Assembly (NCBI GenBank): GCA_963675785.1
Contig: OY776562.1
Location: 992,001-1,056,000, forward strand
DNA: 64,000 nucleotides
From: Anaerolineae bacterium
Lineage (GTDB): Bacteria > Chloroflexota > Anaerolineae > UBA1429
Reading direction: 5' to 3'
Shown here in pieces: positions 55,047 to 64,000 of this stretch. The translations under genes and the position numbers were made by a program. The number at the start of each line of letters is the position of its first letter. Positions within the stretch are counted from its first letter, which is position 1. The notes beneath the pieces were generated by a model, which was given only the letters and a program-made list of their open reading frames with translations, ran no database searches and had not been told where the DNA came from.

Positions 55047-56824
55047 ATTCTGTAGGGAAACAGACCGTAAAGTTGGCCAAGGCCAACAAGAGTCTGTTCA
55101 TCGTAAATATCCTTGTCTGGGGAGTCTTTCACGTCTTGCCCGTACTTACAGGTTGGCTCTCCAAGGTCTTTTTTGATGCACTGACTGGACAGGCAGAAGT
55201 GGGTTTTAACGCCTGGACTGCACTGACCATTCTGGCGGTGGCTAACATCGCTCGGGTAGGCGCGTTCCGTTATGGGTTTCGTATCTTTATGGACTTGCTG
55301 TATCGCAACGGCGGCATCCTGAGGGCCAATCTGTTTGAATGGATCATCGGCGGCAAGGGGGCCAGGCCCCTGAGCGAATCAGCCAGCCAGTCTGTGGCTC
55401 GTTTTCGTGATGATGTGTATGACATCAATGACTATGTTGAAGCCTGGGTAGATCTGATTGGCGTGCTCGTCTATGCCATTGTTGCCATGTTCATTATGCT
55501 GCGCATTGATTGGCAGGTAACCATGGCGGTGTTCGTGCCGCTGGTTGTCGTGGTGGTGGCCAGCGACCTGCTTTCTGGCAAGCTGCGTGTCTATCGCCGG
55601 GCCCACCGTGTAGCTTCGGCGCGCGTCACCGGGTTGATTGGCGAAATCCTGGGTGCTGCTCAGGTCATCAAAGTCAACAACGCCGAAGACAACGTCATGC
55701 ATCACTTTCACGATCTCAACGTGGTTCGCCGCAAGACGGCCATCAAAGACGTACTGGTGCACCAGATGATCCACGGTGTGAACAGTGTTGCGGTGGCTGT
55801 GGGTATGGGCGGTATTCTGGTGCTGAGCGGCTCAAGATTGCAGGCCGGAACCTTTACGGTGGGTGACCTGGCCCTCTTTACAACCTATCTGTTTCAACTC
55901 ACCGACCTGCTGCACTATGTGGGTGAGATGATTGCCCGTCACAAGCGCGTTTTTGTGGCTTTTGATCGTCTAAACACCTTTATGGACGGCGCGCCGGAAG
56001 GCGCTTTGGTAGAGGCGCGCGAGCTTCATATCGGTGAGGAGTATGCTGAGGTTCAGCAGGCGCAGTGCACAGAAGCAGACCGTTTGCAATTGCTTGAAGT
56101 GAATGACCTGTCGTACCACTATGGCGACAATGAGCGTGGTGTGCAGGATTTGACCTTTAGTCTACCACGGGGATCCTTTACCGTCGTAACGGGTGAGGTT
56201 GGCTCAGGCAAGACAACGCTTGTCAAAGCATTGTTGGGCCTGGTGCCGTTCCAGTCGGGAGAGATACGTTGGAATGGCGAAGCGGTGGCGGTGTTGGATG
56301 CGCATTTTCAGCCGCCTCGCAGTGCCTACACGCCGCAGGTGCCCATGCTGTTTAGCGAATCACTGCGTGATAACATCCTGATGGGCCTAAAGACTTCGGA
56401 TGATTCTGTCCAGGAGGCCATTGCTCATGCAGTCATGGAGCCTGATCTGGAAGAAATGCCCGAAGGTCTGGAGACGATTGTGGGAACACGGGGCGTGCGC
56501 CTTTCTGGCGGACAGGTGCAGCGCACTGCTGCAGCGCGCATGTTTGTGCGTGGCTCTGAGCTGTTGGTCTTTGATGATATATCCAGCCGTTTGGATGTCG
56601 AGACCGAGCAGCAGCTCTGGGAGCGCCTGTTGGATGCACCTGGTGAGCGGCCCACCTGCCTGGTGGTCTCGCATCGTCGGCCAGCGCTGTTACGTGCCGA
56701 TCAGATCATCGTGATGGAACAGGGCCACATCGTGGCCCGAGGCACGCTGGAAGAGCTCTTGGAGAGCAGCCCGCAAATGCGCGCCCTGTGGGAGACGACA
56801 GCCGTTGTAACCGAAGAGGTCTAG
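55043..56824 (+). CDS. heterodimeric ABC exporter, subunit 2
   Basis: TMD plus GEVGSGKTT, LSGGQ, LVFDDISS (catalytic Glu replaced by Asp), VSHR. Confidence 0.93.
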   Translation: MNSVGKQTVKLAKANKSLFIVNILVWGVFHVLPVLTGWLSKVFFDALTGQAEVGFNAWTALTILAVANIARVGAFRYGFRIFMDLLYRNGGILRANLFEWIIGGKGARPLSESASQSVARFRDDVYDINDYVEAWVDLIGVLVYAIVAMFIMLRIDWQVTMAVFVPLVVVVVASDLLSGKLRVYRRAHRVASARVTGLIGEILGAAQVIKVNNAEDNVMHHFHDLNVVRRKTAIKDVLVHQMIHGVNSVAVAVGMGGILVLSGSRLQAGTFTVGDLALFTTYLFQLTDLLHYVGEMIARHKRVFVAFDRLNTFMDGAPEGALVEARELHIGEEYAEVQQAQCTEADRLQLLEVNDLSYHYGDNERGVQDLTFSLPRGSFTVVTGEVGSGKTTLVKALLGLVPFQSGEIRWNGEAVAVLDAHFQPPRSAYTPQVPMLFSESLRDNILMGLKTSDDSVQEAIAHAVMEPDLEEMPEGLETIVGTRGVRLSGGQVQRTAAARMFVRGSELLVFDDISSRLDVETEQQLWERLLDAPGERPTCLVVSHRRPALLRADQIIVMEQGHIVARGTLEELLESSPQMRALWETTAVVTEEV

Positions 56825-56842
56825 GATCTATCGTTGTCTCAT

Positions 56843-56885
56843 AAAAAAGGCGGCGCTCAGAGGGTAACCTCCGAGCGCCGCCTTT
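56843..56885. terminator. bidirectional terminator
   Basis: AAAAAAGGCGGCGCTC...GAGCGCCGCCTTT. Confidence 0.8.
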
Positions 56886-56888
56886 AGC

Positions 56889-57893
56889 TTATGCGTCTGG
56901 TGCGGCGCCGGGCTGCCCGGTGCGTTCGCGGTAGCCCGCCAGTATCTGATCCATCACCCAGCTCGTCCTCGCGCCCGATTCGCCCGTAGAGGGGCAGACT
57001 CCCTTACCCAACAAGTCATTGACTACTGTTTGAATGAGGGGCAGTTGCACATGAATCGGCGTCTCTTCGGCATAGCACTCTACCTGGTCATCGGTGTATA
57101 GCTGCACCGGCTCTGTGCCAAAGCACGACCAGCGCACACTGGCTTTGGAGCCAATAATCTCGATGATGTCCTCTTCGCGGTCGGCGCAAAAGCACCACTG
57201 TCCCGAGCCCATCACGCCGGAATGATGTTGCCAGCTGGCCGAGACAATGTCCTCGGGTGTGTAGCGCCCTTCGAGATTGTCGGCAAGTCCGTATACTGAC
57301 TGAATGGGACCTAGTATATAGTCCAGCGCATCGAGGAGGTGGGAGGCGAGGTCCAAAAAGAGGCCCGCGCCGGCGATCTCTGGTACGAGCCGCCAGGGCA
57401 CGGTGTCGTGAATTTCGGGCGGGCGCAGCATACTCACGCGAACCATGCGGACGTCACCCAGGGCACCCTCGCGGATGAGCTGCTCTACTCTGAGAAACCG
57501 GGGTAGACGCCGGCGGTAATAAGCAGCGAATAACTTGACTCCTGCTTGCTCGCAGGCCTCGATCATTTGCAGGCATTCGTCATGGGTGCGTGCCATGGGT
57601 TTTTCTACATAGACGGGCTTGCCAGCTGCTGCGGCCATGCGGGTATAGGCCAGGTGAGATGAGGGCGGCGTGGCGATATAGACCGCATTGACCTGGGGAT
57701 CATCGACCAGTGCCTGTGCATCATCATACCAATTGGATACGCCGTGGCGCTGAGCATAGTCCTGTGCCAATTTCCCATTGCGCCGCATCACGGCGACCAA
57801 CTCTGAGCCCTGCACTTTTTGCAGAGCAGGCCCGCTTTTTACCTCGGTTACGTTGCCGCAACCAATAATGCCCCATCGAACGACGTTCTGCAT
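56889..57893 (-). CDS. Gfo/Idh/MocA-family oxidoreductase
   Basis: WGIIGCG, YIATPP..H, VEKPM, AYYRR, DLASH..D. Confidence 0.93.
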   Translation of the reverse strand: MQNVVRWGIIGCGNVTEVKSGPALQKVQGSELVAVMRRNGKLAQDYAQRHGVSNWYDDAQALVDDPQVNAVYIATPPSSHLAYTRMAAAAGKPVYVEKPMARTHDECLQMIEACEQAGVKLFAAYYRRRLPRFLRVEQLIREGALGDVRMVRVSMLRPPEIHDTVPWRLVPEIAGAGLFLDLASHLLDALDYILGPIQSVYGLADNLEGRYTPEDIVSASWQHHSGVMGSGQWCFCADREEDIIEIIGSKASVRWSCFGTEPVQLYTDDQVECYAEETPIHVQLPLIQTVVNDLLGKGVCPSTGESGARTSWVMDQILAGYRERTGQPGAAPDA

Positions 57894-58063
57894 GGATGAG
57901 TCCTCCTGTATGTATGGTGTATGTATGCTAGGCGCGCTTTTCTCAAGCGTCAAGGGAATGTTTGCAAGCAGGTGATAATCCACGGTTTGACGCTTTTACT
58001 CTGCAAGTGTATGATTTAGTGTTGGGCCTCGGGCCTTTTTTATGTAGTGATAGGAATGAGTGC

Positions 58064-59923
58064 ATGCTTCAAACACGCAATGACCTGCGCAATATCGCCA
58101 TTATCGCCCACGTTGACCACGGCAAGACAACCCTGGTTGATGGTATGCTCAAACAGGCGCGCGTTTTTCGAGAAAACCAGGATGTCGTCGAGCGCGTGCT
58201 CGATTCTAATGATTTGGAACGCGAGCGGGGCATTACCATTTTGGCCAAGAATACGGCCATTTCTTTGCTGCATCCCGAAACGGGTGAGCCGGTCAAGATC
58301 AATATTGTCGATACGCCAGGTCATGCTGATTTTGGCGGTGAGGTTGAACGCGTGCTCAATATGGTCGACGGCGTACTGCTGTTGGTAGATGCCGCCGAAG
58401 GCCCTATGCCGCAGACGCGCTTTGTACTGCGCAAGGCGCTCGAGATGGGCCATAAAGCTGTTGTCGTAATCAACAAGGTTGATCGCAAGGGCGCTGATCC
58501 CGACGAAGCCCTGAATAAGACCTTTGATCTTTTTATCGAGTTGGGTGCGACGGACGAGCAGGCCGATTTTGCAGTCGTCTATGCGAACGCACTGTTGGGC
58601 CATGCTGGCGATACATACGAAGTTGGCGATGACCTCGAACCGCTATTTCGCGCCATCCTCAACGAGTTGCCTGCGCCTGTGTGTGATGACGAAGGACCAC
58701 TGCAATTGTTGGTCACCACCCTCGGGTATGATGAATATCGCGGCGTAACGGCTGTTGGCCGTGTGCATCGTGGGCATATCTCAGTGGGCGATCGTGTTGT
58801 ACGTATCAAGGCAGACGGCACTGTCATACCGGATACTGCCCAGTATCTCTATGTTTTTGATGGCTTGGCGCCTCGGGAGATAACCGAAGCTCGCGCAGGC
58901 GATATTGTCATGGTGGCCGGATTACAGGACATCGGCATTGGCGAAACCCTGGCCGATCCGGAGAACCCCGAAGCCTTGCCGACCATTCATGTGGAAGAGC
59001 CGACGGTCAAGATGACTTTTGGCGTCAATACCTCACCTTTTGCTGGTCGAGAAGGTCGCTGGGGCACATCGCGGCATTTGCGCGAGCGGCTCTATCGTGA
59101 GCTGCGCAGCAATGTGGCGTTGCGTGTAGAGGATACTGAAAGCCCCGACCAGTTTGTGGTCTCAGGGCGTGGCGAGCTACATTTGGCCATTCTTATTGAA
59201 ACCATGCGGCGAGAAGGGTACGAGTTTCAGGTTTCGCGGCCGGAGGTGCTTTATCATCGCGATGAAGATGGTAACCTTCTCGAACCCTTTGAAGATCTCC
59301 ATGTTGAGACGACTTCTGAGACAGTGGGCGTGGTGATGGAAATGTTGGGTACACGCCGCGGCAAATTACAGGATATGTACGAGACGGACCGTGGTGCGAC
59401 GCATTTGACTTATTTGGTGCCCACGCGTGGTCTGCTTGGCTTTCGCTACCAGTTTTTGACGGCAACACGCGGAATGGGAACCTTACAGCCCATCTTCCAC
59501 GGCTATCTGCCCCTTGCAGGGGATATTCCTACTCGAGCCACCGGTTCGCTGGTCTCCTGGGAACCCGGTTTGGCCAGTACATTTGGCCTCAAGAATGCTG
59601 AGGAACGGGGTATGTTGTTCTATGGGGCTGGCGTGGAAGTATATGAAGGCATGGTCATCGGCGAAAGAACCCGCCCTGGTGATCTATCCATCAACGTCTG
59701 CAAGAAAAAGCACCTTACCAACATGCGCTCCTCGACGCGTGATATCGAAGTACGACTCAAATCTCCACGATCCCTCAGTCTTGATGAGGCCATCGAGTAT
59801 CTTGCTGCAGATGAACTGCTCGAGGTAACGCCGGTTGCTTGCCGTGTCCGCAAAAAGATTTTGGATACGCGTGAGCGCGGCAAAGATTTCAAGCGTGGCG
59901 TCAAAGCCACCGAGGACGAATAA
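58064..59923 (+). CDS. typA: translational GTPase TypA/BipA
   Basis: [52 protein letters not shown]. Confidence 0.97.
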   Translation: MLQTRNDLRNIAIIAHVDHGKTTLVDGMLKQARVFRENQDVVERVLDSNDLERERGITILAKNTAISLLHPETGEPVKINIVDTPGHADFGGEVERVLNMVDGVLLLVDAAEGPMPQTRFVLRKALEMGHKAVVVINKVDRKGADPDEALNKTFDLFIELGATDEQADFAVVYANALLGHAGDTYEVGDDLEPLFRAILNELPAPVCDDEGPLQLLVTTLGYDEYRGVTAVGRVHRGHISVGDRVVRIKADGTVIPDTAQYLYVFDGLAPREITEARAGDIVMVAGLQDIGIGETLADPENPEALPTIHVEEPTVKMTFGVNTSPFAGREGRWGTSRHLRERLYRELRSNVALRVEDTESPDQFVVSGRGELHLAILIETMRREGYEFQVSRPEVLYHRDEDGNLLEPFEDLHVETTSETVGVVMEMLGTRRGKLQDMYETDRGATHLTYLVPTRGLLGFRYQFLTATRGMGTLQPIFHGYLPLAGDIPTRATGSLVSWEPGLASTFGLKNAEERGMLFYGAGVEVYEGMVIGERTRPGDLSINVCKKKHLTNMRSSTRDIEVRLKSPRSLSLDEAIEYLAADELLEVTPVACRVRKKILDTRERGKDFKRGVKATEDE

Positions 59924-59927
59924 AAAC

Positions 59928-59958
59928 AAGGGGTTGGTCAGTTATGACCAACCCCTTT
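59928..59958. terminator. bidirectional terminator
   Basis: AAGGGGTTGGTCA-GTTA-TGACCAACCCCTT. Confidence 0.8.
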
Positions 59959-59977
59959 GAATTATGGGCCTACAGAA

Positions 59978-60433
59978 TTAGCTCTTTCTGGCAATGGCGA
60001 TAGCTTTGAACAGGGTTATGCCCATTGCAGCCACTGTAGTAACAATGGCAATACCAATACGGGTCTTGTCGATAATGGGCTCGACCCACACTTCGTTTTC
60101 GCCAATGATGATAACGCCGACCGGACGAGAAATACCGCCTGTGCCTCCCCCTACGCCTTCACCGCCGCCCCAGGCCTCTACTTTATCGAGATCCTGAGCA
60201 TCTGCTTCTTCCTCATCTTCTGAGGCATCCGCTTCGCAGCATTCGCAACACTCATCCATCTCGATTCTGGCTGGTCCCTCGCCACCGCCGATGCCCAGGC
60301 CACCTGCAACTTCGGCAGCTGTGATGAGGGTATAGTTACCTACGGTCAAAGGTTTGCCAAAAACGGCCTCGACACCGGTAAATTGTTTCAGTTCTTTGAG
60401 TAGATCCTGAAGCTGGCTGATGCTTTGAGCCAT
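59978..60433 (-). CDS. YtfJ/GerW-family protein with an acidic Cys-rich insert
   Basis: VFGKP..VG...LI, GGLGIGGG, GGG.G.GG, RPVGVIII, C-terminal TM. Confidence 0.75.
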   Translation of the reverse strand: MAQSISQLQDLLKELKQFTGVEAVFGKPLTVGNYTLITAAEVAGGLGIGGGEGPARIEMDECCECCEADASEDEEEADAQDLDKVEAWGGGEGVGGGTGGISRPVGVIIIGENEVWVEPIIDKTRIGIAIVTTVAAMGITLFKAIAIARKS

Positions 60434-60437
60434 GAGA

Positions 60438-60695
60438 TTATCTCCTTGTGACGGCGCGCTCGATGAGCGCAGACAAAAGGGCCGCTGCGCACAGGCCGCA
60501 GCAGGCCATCACAACGGTTCGCGTCGGGTCAGGTATGGGGACAACACGCGTAGATTCGGGCGTTTCGATGACGACATCCATCGGACGTGCCCAGAAAAAT
60601 CCTCTGAAACGGTCGATCTGTTGTATGGCGCGTGCCCTGGGAATGATGCGCATGTCGCCAATCTGTATGGGGCTGGCTTCGACTGTCTTTAGCAT
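60438..60695 (-). CDS. small YtfJ-like hypothetical protein
   Basis: GAGG RBS; PIQIGDMRIIP, RPMDVVI....TRVVPIPD, C-terminal hydrophobic helix. Confidence 0.6.
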   Translation of the reverse strand: MLKTVEASPIQIGDMRIIPRARAIQQIDRFRGFFWARPMDVVIETPESTRVVPIPDPTRTVVMACCGLCAAALLSALIERAVTRR

Positions 60696-60721
60696 GGGAA
60701 TCCTCGTCAAACGACACAAAA

Positions 60722-60779
60722 ATGTCAGACATCGTTTGATGTCTGACATCATCATAATCAAGTGTAAAAGAGAATGCAA
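60722..60779 (-). promoter_or_regulatory. promoter with a double-palindrome operator
   Basis: Minus strand TTGCAT - 17 nt - TATGAT, immediately followed by ATGTCAGACATC-N4-GATGTCTGACAT. Confidence 0.7.
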
Positions 60780-60795
60780 GGCTCAAAGGATAAAC

Positions 60796-61359
60796 TTAGA
60801 GTGGTGTACCAAAATCGATGGTCCAATACGTTCCATAGAGGCTGCCGGATTCATAAGCCCAACCAGCGCCAAAATCGACATACGCTGTATTGAGAATGAT
60901 GGCCCGATGCCCATCGCTGTTCATCCATGCTTCTACAACCGCATCGGCATCCATATAGCCGGCGGCGATGATCTCACCGCAACGACACCATGTGTAGCCA
61001 CTTGCTGTTTCTCTATCTCCAACGCTAGAACCGTCGAGGCAACCCGTATGGCTAAAGCAACCGTTTTGCGCCATATCCACGCTGTGACTTTGTGCAGCCT
61101 GGGATAGATTTGGGTTGATAATCAATGCGGGCAGATCGTGCTCGGCGCGGACAGCGTTGATGGCGTCAAGAACCGCTCGTTCGAACTCGGCTTGCGTCTC
61201 AGTAGTAGTTCCCAGGTCAGTGTCAGGTGTGGGTTCCAAGCCGTCAAACGCCAGGGGCACAAAAAGAATATGACCGGCATCTTGCGCGCGAACAGGGGAA
61301 AGAGTTAAGAGAAGGATGGCAACAGCAATGAATACGATTATGTATCGTAAAACCTTCAT
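60796..61359 (-). CDS. secreted CAP/SCP-domain protein
   Basis: Signal peptide (VRA|QD); N..R..H.L, AQSHS.DM, FSH, GEIIA.G, WMNS.GH..IL. Confidence 0.9.
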   Translation of the reverse strand: MKVLRYIIVFIAVAILLLTLSPVRAQDAGHILFVPLAFDGLEPTPDTDLGTTTETQAEFERAVLDAINAVRAEHDLPALIINPNLSQAAQSHSVDMAQNGCFSHTGCLDGSSVGDRETASGYTWCRCGEIIAAGYMDADAVVEAWMNSDGHRAIILNTAYVDFGAGWAYESGSLYGTYWTIDFGTPL

Positions 61360-61473
61360 TTTACAGCACATCGCCTGAGTATAGGGTTTGATGGTAACGG
61401 TGCAAATCATCTTATAGTATAGTTGACACAGGCGTTACAGATGTATATGTGCCGTAAATAGCATCTGGATCGC

Positions 61474-62841
61474 TTAGGCTTCAGATGGGTTCCATTGGGG
61501 GAGCGTAAACCAGAAATCGCTTCCTTCACCAAGCACACTACTGGCGCCTACTTCACCACCGTGGGCTTGCACAAGTTGCTTGACGATGGTAAGGCCTAGA
61601 CCAGTTCCTCCAGTAGCCCTTGCTCGGGCCGAATCTGTGCGATAAAGCCTGTCGAACACGCGTATCAATTCCTGTTCCTCAAGGCCAACTCCCGTATCTC
61701 TGACGATAAAGCGTACCATGTCATCCTCGGCATTCGCTGATACGGTTACCTGGCCGCCATCCGGTGTATAGCGAAGCGCATTGCTCAGCAGATTGCGCAA
61801 TATCTCCGCCATACGCAGAGGATCGACGCGCACTGTAGGCAGATTGGGGTCGATGGTAGATACCAGTGTGATGTCTTTTTCCCGAGACTGTGCACCAAAG
61901 GCCTGTAAGGCTTCCTCCGTTGCCTCAAAGGGGATTACTTCAGCAGGCTCAATGGCTAACTGACCGGTTTCGGCCAATGATAGCTTTTGTAGATCCTGAA
62001 CAAGGCGACTCAAGAGATGAGCTTCATCGGACAACAGCGTCACGAGGCCATCGTCAGTGGGGACAACGCCATCTTGGGCGGCCTCGAGATAGCCCTGAAT
62101 ATTGGTAAGCGGCGTCCGCAACTCGTGGGCTATATCTGTAATCATGTTGCGTTGAACTTTTTGGTCTGTTTCGAGGCTTTCGGCCATGGCATTAAAGGCC
62201 TGTCCCAATTCGCCCAACTCATCCCGGCTGCTGATCTCGACACGTTGGTTGAGATTCCCGCCGGCCATGGCACGTGCAGCCGCCGTAAGGTCTTTGACGG
62301 GGTGCAAAAGATACTGAAATAAGGCAGCTACGAGGGCAATACTGACTGCCGCTGCGAGGACGCCACCTACAATAAGAAGCGAGCCAGAGTCAGAACTTCG
62401 GCTTAGCTTTTGCAGCCAGCCGCCCTGAGCCCAGCCCGGAGTCTGTTGGACGTACACCAGACCAACGGTACGCCCGGCGCGTGAAAGCACTGCGCTGGGC
62501 GGCGAAGTTGGCGTATCCATCTGTTCACCGACCATCGTGCTCTTGGAATCGGCCAAGATGATGCCTTCTGGCGAGGTAATATAGACGCGATAGTTCTCCT
62601 CGGCGTAATTCTCTACAAGCCAGTCTCCGAGATCGGTGATCGTAGCACCTTCGCCAATTCTTTGTTTGAGCGCATCTTCGAGCTGAGAAAAGGCTTCAGA
62701 AGAACGCTGCTGAATGCTCGATTCGACTTGTCGCTTGGCAGAATCATAGGCCACGAGGGTGACAAAAGTGGCCGTAGCCAGCACCATGAGGGCTGCAATG
62801 ATTAGCAAGCGGGTTCGAATACTATGCATCCAGTTCGTCAT
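61474..62841 (-). CDS. HAMP sensor histidine kinase (BaeS-like)
   Basis: Two TMs, HAMP (DELGELGQAFN.M), DIAHELRTPL, NLLSNALRY, GGTGLGL. Confidence 0.94.
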   Translation of the reverse strand: MTNWMHSIRTRLLIIAALMVLATATFVTLVAYDSAKRQVESSIQQRSSEAFSQLEDALKQRIGEGATITDLGDWLVENYAEENYRVYITSPEGIILADSKSTMVGEQMDTPTSPPSAVLSRAGRTVGLVYVQQTPGWAQGGWLQKLSRSSDSGSLLIVGGVLAAAVSIALVAALFQYLLHPVKDLTAAARAMAGGNLNQRVEISSRDELGELGQAFNAMAESLETDQKVQRNMITDIAHELRTPLTNIQGYLEAAQDGVVPTDDGLVTLLSDEAHLLSRLVQDLQKLSLAETGQLAIEPAEVIPFEATEEALQAFGAQSREKDITLVSTIDPNLPTVRVDPLRMAEILRNLLSNALRYTPDGGQVTVSANAEDDMVRFIVRDTGVGLEEQELIRVFDRLYRTDSARARATGGTGLGLTIVKQLVQAHGGEVGASSVLGEGSDFWFTLPQWNPSEA

Positions 62842-63511
62842 TCAGTTTATATCCCACACCATAAATCGTAAGCACATATTCGGGATCAGAAGGATCCCTT
62901 TCAAGTTTGCGCCGCAGATTAAGAACGTGAACGTCAACGGTCCTCGGAGCGCGTTCATACATATCATCAAAAGCAAGATCCATGAGTTGGTCTCGTGAAT
63001 AGACCTGCCCTGGATGGCGACTAAGCACTTCGAGTAGTGCAAACTCGCGTGGCGTCAGATCGACAAGCTCATTGCCGCGAATGACACGATGACGCTGCAA
63101 ATCAATCGACAAATCCCCGACAAGTCGGGTCGCAGCTTCATCTTGACGCTCTTCCATACGGCGCAGCAAAGCACGAATACGCGCCATCAGCTCGCGTGGG
63201 CTGAATGGCTTGGTCAGATAATCATCTGCGCCAGTATCAAGGCCCAACAGCTTGTCGGTCTCGGTGCTTCTTGCAGTGAGCATGATAATGCCAGCTTCGC
63301 TCTCGCCGCGGACAATGCGGCAGATATCTAGCCCGTCAATCTGTGGCAACATGAGGTCGAGAACGATGACATCTGGCTTGAATGAGCGTGTGGCAGACAG
63401 GGCCTGCAGGCCATCGTGAACCTGCATAACCGTGTGGCCTTCCCGTTCGGCATACATCGCGACAAGGTTCGATGTTTTGAGATCGTCCTCAACAATGAGC
63501 AACTTGGTCAT
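62822..63511 (-). CDS. OmpR/PhoB-family response regulator
   Basis: VEDD, LDLMLP, GADDYLTKPF, LTPREF, RTVDVHV, GVGYK. Confidence 0.95.
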   Translation of the reverse strand: MTKLLIVEDDLKTSNLVAMYAEREGHTVMQVHDGLQALSATRSFKPDVIVLDLMLPQIDGLDICRIVRGESEAGIIMLTARSTETDKLLGLDTGADDYLTKPFSPRELMARIRALLRRMEERQDEAATRLVGDLSIDLQRHRVIRGNELVDLTPREFALLEVLSRHPGQVYSRDQLMDLAFDDMYERAPRTVDVHVLNLRRKLERDPSDPEYVLTIYGVGYKLNDELDA

Positions 63512-64000
63512 TTTCGTGCCCTCTACTAGTCATCCACTTTAATTATAGTAGATAATAAAGCACCGCGCATATAGCGGTGCCCTTGGCCTGACAAAAAGAC
63601 TGGCTGCGCCGCAGCTTGGCGCCAAGTACAGTATAATGTCAAAGCCTGATGGTGTTGGACAGCGCAAGGATATGCGCACGTTTTTCATCACCATCTTAAC
63701 AATATCAGGACACTGTTCAGCACTTGTTAAGACCCGGCTGAGAAGCCGTTAGCTTGGCGTCAGCGTTTGACGCCCTGAGGCATCATTGCTACCATGCCCT
63801 GCAACTTGGGCATGGGTGAAAGGAAACACACCGTTGGTGATACCCTTGGATTCTATCCAGACTGTCACATCTTCCGATTCGGCAAAGTGGATCGGAATGC
63901 ACTGGCGCGCATACGAGAGTACTGACACGACCCGTGCGATAGCCTTTCGGCATGATGTCGTGCTAGATAGCATACCACAACGTGCCTTTATAAAAATTAC

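Noticed and set aside
58024-58042. Small hairpin plus T-run in the typA leader
   Set aside because: Stem is only 4-5 bp; too weak to call an attenuator.
63749-63973. 74-aa minus-strand ORF near the right edge
   Set aside because: No RBS or recognisable motif, and its ATG overlaps a probable -10 element.
1-64000. CRISPR arrays, IS elements, prophage or defence systems
   Set aside because: No spaced direct repeats, transposase, integrase, phage structural or restriction-type genes recognised on reading.

Overview
64 kb of ordinary bacterial chromosome. It is gene-dense, with no integrase, transposase, prophage or CRISPR array seen. The gene content (four-subunit pyruvate:ferredoxin oxidoreductase, glutamine-dependent NadE, NPN-cofactor lar genes, LiaF-like, YtfJ-like and DegV proteins, a c-di-AMP riboswitch) suggests an anaerobic monoderm heterotroph, possibly Chloroflexota/Anaerolineae (inference). 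About 55 CDS are supported, including a CYTH-CHAD gene at the left edge that the ORF track missed, plus one tRNA-Glu(UUC) and many intrinsic terminators. Main points of interest: (1) a free-standing ~216-nt structured non-coding RNA at 5881-6096 with its own sigma70-type promoter, a 13-bp closing helix and a possible pseudoknot, loosely reminiscent of the raiA motif RNA; (2) a leader-peptide attenuator upstream of a heterodimeric ABC exporter; (3) a c-di-AMP riboswitch controlling an ABC exporter plus a DUF1854-like gene; (4) a compact mannose-class PTS with fused IIC-IID and a degenerate HPr-EI fusion, divergent from larE-larB-larC(C-terminal half only); (5) a double-palindrome operator ahead of two YtfJ/GerW-like genes. 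All family calls come from reading motifs by eye; no searches were run.
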